A stretch of 64,000 nt of DNA from Raillietiella orientalis (taxonomy: Eukaryota), in the NCBI GenBank assembly GCA_036172245.1, contig JAYWIR010000002.1, positions 2,232,001-2,296,000 of the forward strand, read 5' to 3'. The first letter of the stretch is position 1, and each line of letters opens with the position of its first letter. Positions 58,926 through 64,000 of this stretch are shown piece after piece. The notes beneath the pieces were generated by a model that saw only the letters and a list, made by a program, of their open reading frames with translations, ran no database searches and was not told the DNA's origin. The position numbers and the translations under genes are program-made.

Positions 58926-61900
58926 TTCTGGAACCTTCGCTCGAGTTTCGTAGTTTCTCACGACACCCGAGGTGAGCATCAATTCATGGAAGATAGAATC
59001 GCGGACAACGACACCGTTGTCATGGCGAGTGCGCTCGACGTCCTCTTCTCGGCCGCACGGCTGGGGGACGACTTTGGATCCTCAGCGTTGGCTCCGCTCT
59101 CGTCTCGCAGCAGCCATTCTGAAAATGCACGTGGAAGCGAGTTTTGGGCGGGCAGCGGCGACAGCGACACTCCGCGCCAAGGAGCGGGCGGCGGGGTTGC
59201 AAGGAACGAGAGACGCTGCTGGCACCGCGCGCTCCATCACGTGGCCAGTGCGATTTTCTCCGCTCGTTTGCGGAGGATCGCGCGCGCATGGAAGGGAGGA
59301 TTCCTCCTCCGGAAGGGAAGAGAAACGATGCACGCTCGGTTACCTTTGCTACGGAACACCGCGATTCGTGCGGAGCCTCCACTCCCCCCCCGTTTCGGTT
59401 GCGACGGAGGGAGCGCTCGCCCCAGCGCCAAATCAACCGAACCAACGAGCAGGGAAACAGCACCAGCAGGGTTCACATTCGAGGATCTCTTGCCTTTCCT
59501 CCCTGAGCTTTTCCTCCCGTGTGTTCCCATCTTCAAGGACCCGGCGCTTCGATCATGAGAGGTTCGGCGCGCGCTCTGGTGCCGTTGTCCTGGCAAGCGT
59601 CGAGCTCCCGGGAACGGGATCGCGGAAGAGGAAGGAGAGGCGTTCGCCGGATCGCTCCCCCCCTTCCCCTCCCCCAAAAGGAAAAATGTCCGCTCCCCCA
59701 GGTACGCGCGCTCGCGCGGACTGACGGGTGAGATCCCGCAGACGGATCTTCTGGCCACACTTCGCTGCGGGCCGGGGGACCCCCCGGCGAAGCGCCGGCG
59801 AGCCTTCCCTGGGCCCAGCAGAGCACTCTAGCGGCCGGGTGATGCGGCTCAACCGAGCTTTCTGTTTCGCAACCCTGCGGGAGGCGGACGGCCTGCCGTG
59901 CTGTCCGCGGCGGGTGCCCGAATCTCGTGGCGCAGTGAGCGGAGCAAGGAGCCACCGGCCGCGCCGAGCGAAGTGGAGCTTCGGGGATGCACCTCTTTCT
60001 TCGAGCACGCTGGAGGCGGCCGCCTCGCTTCCCTCCTCTCCCACCAGAGGCCACCAATGATGCCACCGGCTGGAGAAAGGAGATTTGGGAATCGTGGAGG
60101 GGGAAGGGTGAGGAGAAGACCATTCTGGCACGGATGGGGGGGGGGGGGAAGGAATGCACGATGGGAGGACAGACGAGCTGGGTCTCGCCTGGTTTGAATG
60201 CGGAACGCGACCCCGCCCACTCCTATCCTCCAGGGTCCGCGTGAAGCGGGGTCCCTGGCGCCCTTCCCCGAGTACCGCAGCGGCTCGGCAGGAGGCTTCA
60301 GCCTGGGTACCGCGCGTCCCGCCGTCAGGATGGCTGCTCACGACAGTGCGCGGCCTGCACACGTCTCGCTGGCCATGCGCCTCGCCGTGGGCCAGGAGGC
60401 GATTCCTGGACGCAGAACGAGAAATAAGAGGAAGAAGGGGGAGGAAGAGGAAAGGGGGAGCGAGAGAGAGGAGGACAAGGAAGAGGAGAGAAGGCACTTT
60501 CGCAAGCGCTCTCTCTCCAGTAGGGCTGCTCGGATGGGGATAGGGGAGAAGAGAAGGGCTGGCCTCGTGGTCGTGGGCGGGTTCGAGCTGGCGACGGTCG
60601 GGATTCCGACGACCACCTTGCAGCCGCGGGCTGCGCGGCCTCGTGTCCCTTTCAGTCCTCCCTCCTCGACACGGGGATTGGCTGCTGCACACACACACGC
60701 GGGCCTCCTTCCTTCCAGCAAAGACTCAAAGACCTCGGGGTCGAGGGATTCCCACCTCTGCGCTCCTTCCTGGCATCCTCGTCCCTTCGAGCCATGGCGA
60801 ACCCTCAAAGGGAAGGAAGGGGATTTCGCCTTCATCCCAGCGAGAGCTTCCCCGGGGATGGGAGAGCGCCGCCCATTCAGATGTCCCGTGGCTGCAGTCT
60901 TGCGTGAGAACGCGGCTTCCAGCGAGGGAAGGGCTGGGAGGGGGAAGGGGAGGGGAACGCGCACAGCAGGAAGCTACGGAACCCGGAAGATGGCAATCTC
61001 ACCCGGGAATCTTCTCGAGCGCCAAAAAGTCAAAAAAAAGAAAAGGGAGATAGAGGCAGGGAGTTTCTGGAGGGTGGAGATGCCGTCTGGTTCGAACCCC
61101 ACCCAGAACCAACCGGAGCGCCACCTTTCTCCTTAGGAGCGCCGAGACGGATTCCTCTGCGGCAACTACGACAGCTTCCCGGATCCTCTCGCGAGCCTCC
61201 TGGGGGGAAGCTCCAAGAGGCTGCGGACAGTTTCGAAAGGGTCGTAAATCTACGGTGGGAGAACCGAAATCCGGACCGGAAAGAGAAGGAATTGATGAGG
61301 GGGGAAGGAGAGCGTCCGGAGAGAGTGGGAAGGGGGACGGAGGAAGGAAAATTCCTCTCTGCGGGAGCAGTCGGGAGAAGATCGGAGCTTCGCCGCCGCA
61401 CGTGAGGTGACTTGATCCTCCTTGACGAAGGTGCGGCTCTTCGGAGTGCCGCCTGTCGGTCGCCAGCCCGCGATCTCCCCCCCCCCCCAAGTCCTCCCGG
61501 AAAAAGAAACAATGAAAAGGGAAGGGTGAGTGACCGCGTAGAGGCGAGAGCCGCTTTTTTTAACGAGCGACGACGACAACCATCTTCCACCATCTTGCTG
61601 TCGAGGATACGGATGACGGTTGACCATCCTCGGGACTGCTGGGGGTTGCGTTGCTCAGGATGATCTGGGAGTTGGCGCGCGCACACCTGGTCTTCAGCGA
61701 CCGCAAAATGCGCGTCGCGAGTGAAGAGGAAGCTGCGAGGGGCGCGGCGCGACTGCCGCCGCCGGGTATCTCACCGTATCAGCACGCGGCAGTCCTTGAA
61801 GGCCGACGGGGGGCTTCGGAGCTCCCTCGAACAAGCGCACGGCGCAGGCGCGCCGCCAGCACCCGGCCGGAGCGAGTCGGTTGGTTGCTCCGAATCTCTC

Positions 61901-64000
61901 TCGGGACCTGGGATCGACTGGACCCTTCCCCTTTTCCATGGAAGGCTACTTCCATGGAGCCCATCCCCACCTCCTTCAGACCTCTAGCATCTCGTTGGAG
62001 CATCTGCTGCGTATCTCACTCCAAAGTGCAGGAGGAGACGAGGAAGAGAAAAGGAAGGGAGGAGGAGGAAGAGAGGACTGGGAAAAGATGGCATCCTCTC
62101 CGAGGAGGGGCGGAATGGACGCAGCCGAGAGCACTCGTCGTCTTCAGGGAAAAGGACGCTGCGGCTGTGGCGCCACGCTTGGCGGAAGCGTGCAGAGCAC
62201 CTGCTTCGAGAGAGCCTTCTGGCGCAGCTGGCGACGGGAGCCGCAGGGAAGAAGGGTGGACGAGGGAGTGGTTCCATGGAAACCGGGGGGCGCACGCAAC
62301 CGTGCCGCAGATGCGGAAGATCGAGGGAGACTCGGACGAAAGGTTGACTCCCGTCCCGAGACAGAGAGGGCGCTTTCGCATCTTCCTGAGAGTGCGTTGA
62401 GGGTGGCAGCGGGCTGCGGGGAGAGGGGATACTGTGCCCGTGCGGGTGCGGGTGGAGAAAAAAGGGTCGAGGACCCTGTTCCTCGTCCCGCCGCTGCGTG
62501 CTCCACCGTAGCCTCCCTTCGCGCGGAGGGTCAGCGGCGAGGTTGTGGGGCGTCGCTTAGGTGGCACCTTGCTCTACTGATCGGCAAAGGGCCCAGGAGT
62601 GCTCCCGCACCCTTGTTTTCCGGTCCTCGGTACTTGCGGAGAGCGACACGCGAAGCGGCGATACCCTTGCGGGCTGTCTCCGAGAGGGCAGCGTCCCTCC
62701 GTGGCCGGATGCCCTCGAGGAGGGGCTGCCACTTTGCGCGTGAACTTCCCGCTGCCCATCCGTCTCGACAAAGGCAGCGGGCACCCTTTGCTGACTTGTT
62801 AGGGGAGGGATGGGCGTAGCCTCTCCCCACTCACGTGTTCCCTGTCCGGCGAGCCGAGTTCCCGTTTTCCATCCCGGATGCTCCTAACTTTTCCCGATGA
62901 CAGGAAAAGGGGGTAGGGGGACTAGGGAAGGAAAGGATGGAGGGACCCAGGCTCGCTCCGGATTTCCTCGACCATCCCCAGGACCGCCCGGGAAGCCGCC
63001 GCCGCCGCCAAGTCGACTCCCTCTTTGGGTGAGCTGCGTGGCCACCTGTGAGGGCCGCGTGGGGGCCCGTCAGCGCGCTCCCGAGAATCCTGCGAAGGGT
63101 CGTGTCCGCTCGGGGGTGTGCGCGCGCGCGCGAGGATGCCCCCGCCGTCCCGTTTTCCTGGTAAACCATATCTTCTCGTGGCCGATGGGGGAGAAGGGTG
63201 GGGGGCCTCTAGGGAGGGGATCCTATCCTAGTCTGCCGACGGGGAGTGCCTGACCCGGAACCTACGGCTACGCTTCTCCTGGCCACTGGCGCGTGCCGCC
63301 TTTATTCCCCCTTCTTCCTCTTTTCAATCGGACTCCTCTCTTCTGTCCCCCTTGAAGAGAAAGAGAAGAAGGAGGGGGGAGGGGAAGAAGGTAAAAAGGG
63401 AGGGAAGCAGGAGGGGAAAGGGAAAAAAAGGGGGACGACGGGAGGTGGAAAAGCAAATGACTGGTGCGGCAGGCACGTCGATGCCTATCTAAAATAGGCT
63501 GCGGTCACTGGGGGGAAGGGGAGAGAGAAAAAAAATAGCCTCGTGGCTCCCTTCTCCGGGAATCAATCCTCGGGAGTGCTCCTCAACACCGGGAGGAGGC
63601 CGTTTTTCCCCATCATCCCGGGTTGCTGGGCTGGGGATCCTCTCGAGGACGCAGCCGTCGGCTCGGCGGCTGAGCGCGTCGGGGCAGCTCGCGAGGGGGC
63701 GGAGCGGCGAACCGACGGCGCTCGGCGGGCAGCGGCAGGCCCCGGCGAGGGGAAGGGAGGGGAGCACAGGGAAGCACGAAGCACGCGCGCGCGGGACTCC
63801 GCGACCACCGTCGTCGGGCTCGGCGCGCCTCGGCGCCGACGCCCCGCGGAGCCGGCGCGACGGGACGAAACTCCTCCAGCGCTCCAGCCGCTCTCAGTGG
63901 AAGAGTCTGAGGTCGTTGCAGCCTGCTGTGACCTCGGGCCGAGGCGGGGGTGCAGAGGGACGACCCCTCCTTCCTCGCCTCAGATGGCGGAGGGTCTCTC

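Noticed and set aside
59500..64000. Many long overlapping ORFs (e.g. 59553-60698, 60198-61136, 61881-62819)
   Set aside because: Arg/Pro/Gly/Ser-rich translations in several frames are expected by chance at high GC. Only faint endonuclease-like remnants (LVVVGGF) were seen.

Overview
Eukaryotic nuclear DNA, most likely from an arthropod or other invertebrate (GT-AG introns, a Tret1-like transporter, a fragment that reads as invertebrate mitochondrial nad4). It is not prokaryotic, and most ORFs in the supplied six-frame track are chance products of high GC. The window alternates between GC/CpG-rich blocks (about 1-24.8, 31.9-41.5 and 46.6-64 kb) and two AT-rich islands (about 25.3-31.8 and 41.5-46.6 kb). 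Genes reconstructed by hand: a 3-exon Tret1-like sugar porter (+, 2667-5261), a 6-exon TMEM248/TMEM219-family gene (+, 28492-31413), a 6-exon ABHD11 (-, 41677-43631) and an unidentified spliced gene (+, about 34984-40178). Relics include a partial Tret1 duplicate, an intronless Vps34 kinase-domain fragment and a probable nad4 NUMT with a 10-bp direct repeat. Mobile DNA includes at least four copies of a tRNA-headed SINE (one with a 13-bp TSD) and about ten decayed L1/Tx1-type LINE fragments. A 321-bp, 99%-identical inverted repeat encloses one LINE 3' end. I found no convincing new multi-gene system. The best leads are the inverted repeat, the SINE family, the structured LINE 3' UTR, the NUMT, the Vps34 fragment and a sugar porter lacking its canonical sugar-binding residues. 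All homology calls rest on motif recognition by eye, not on database searches.
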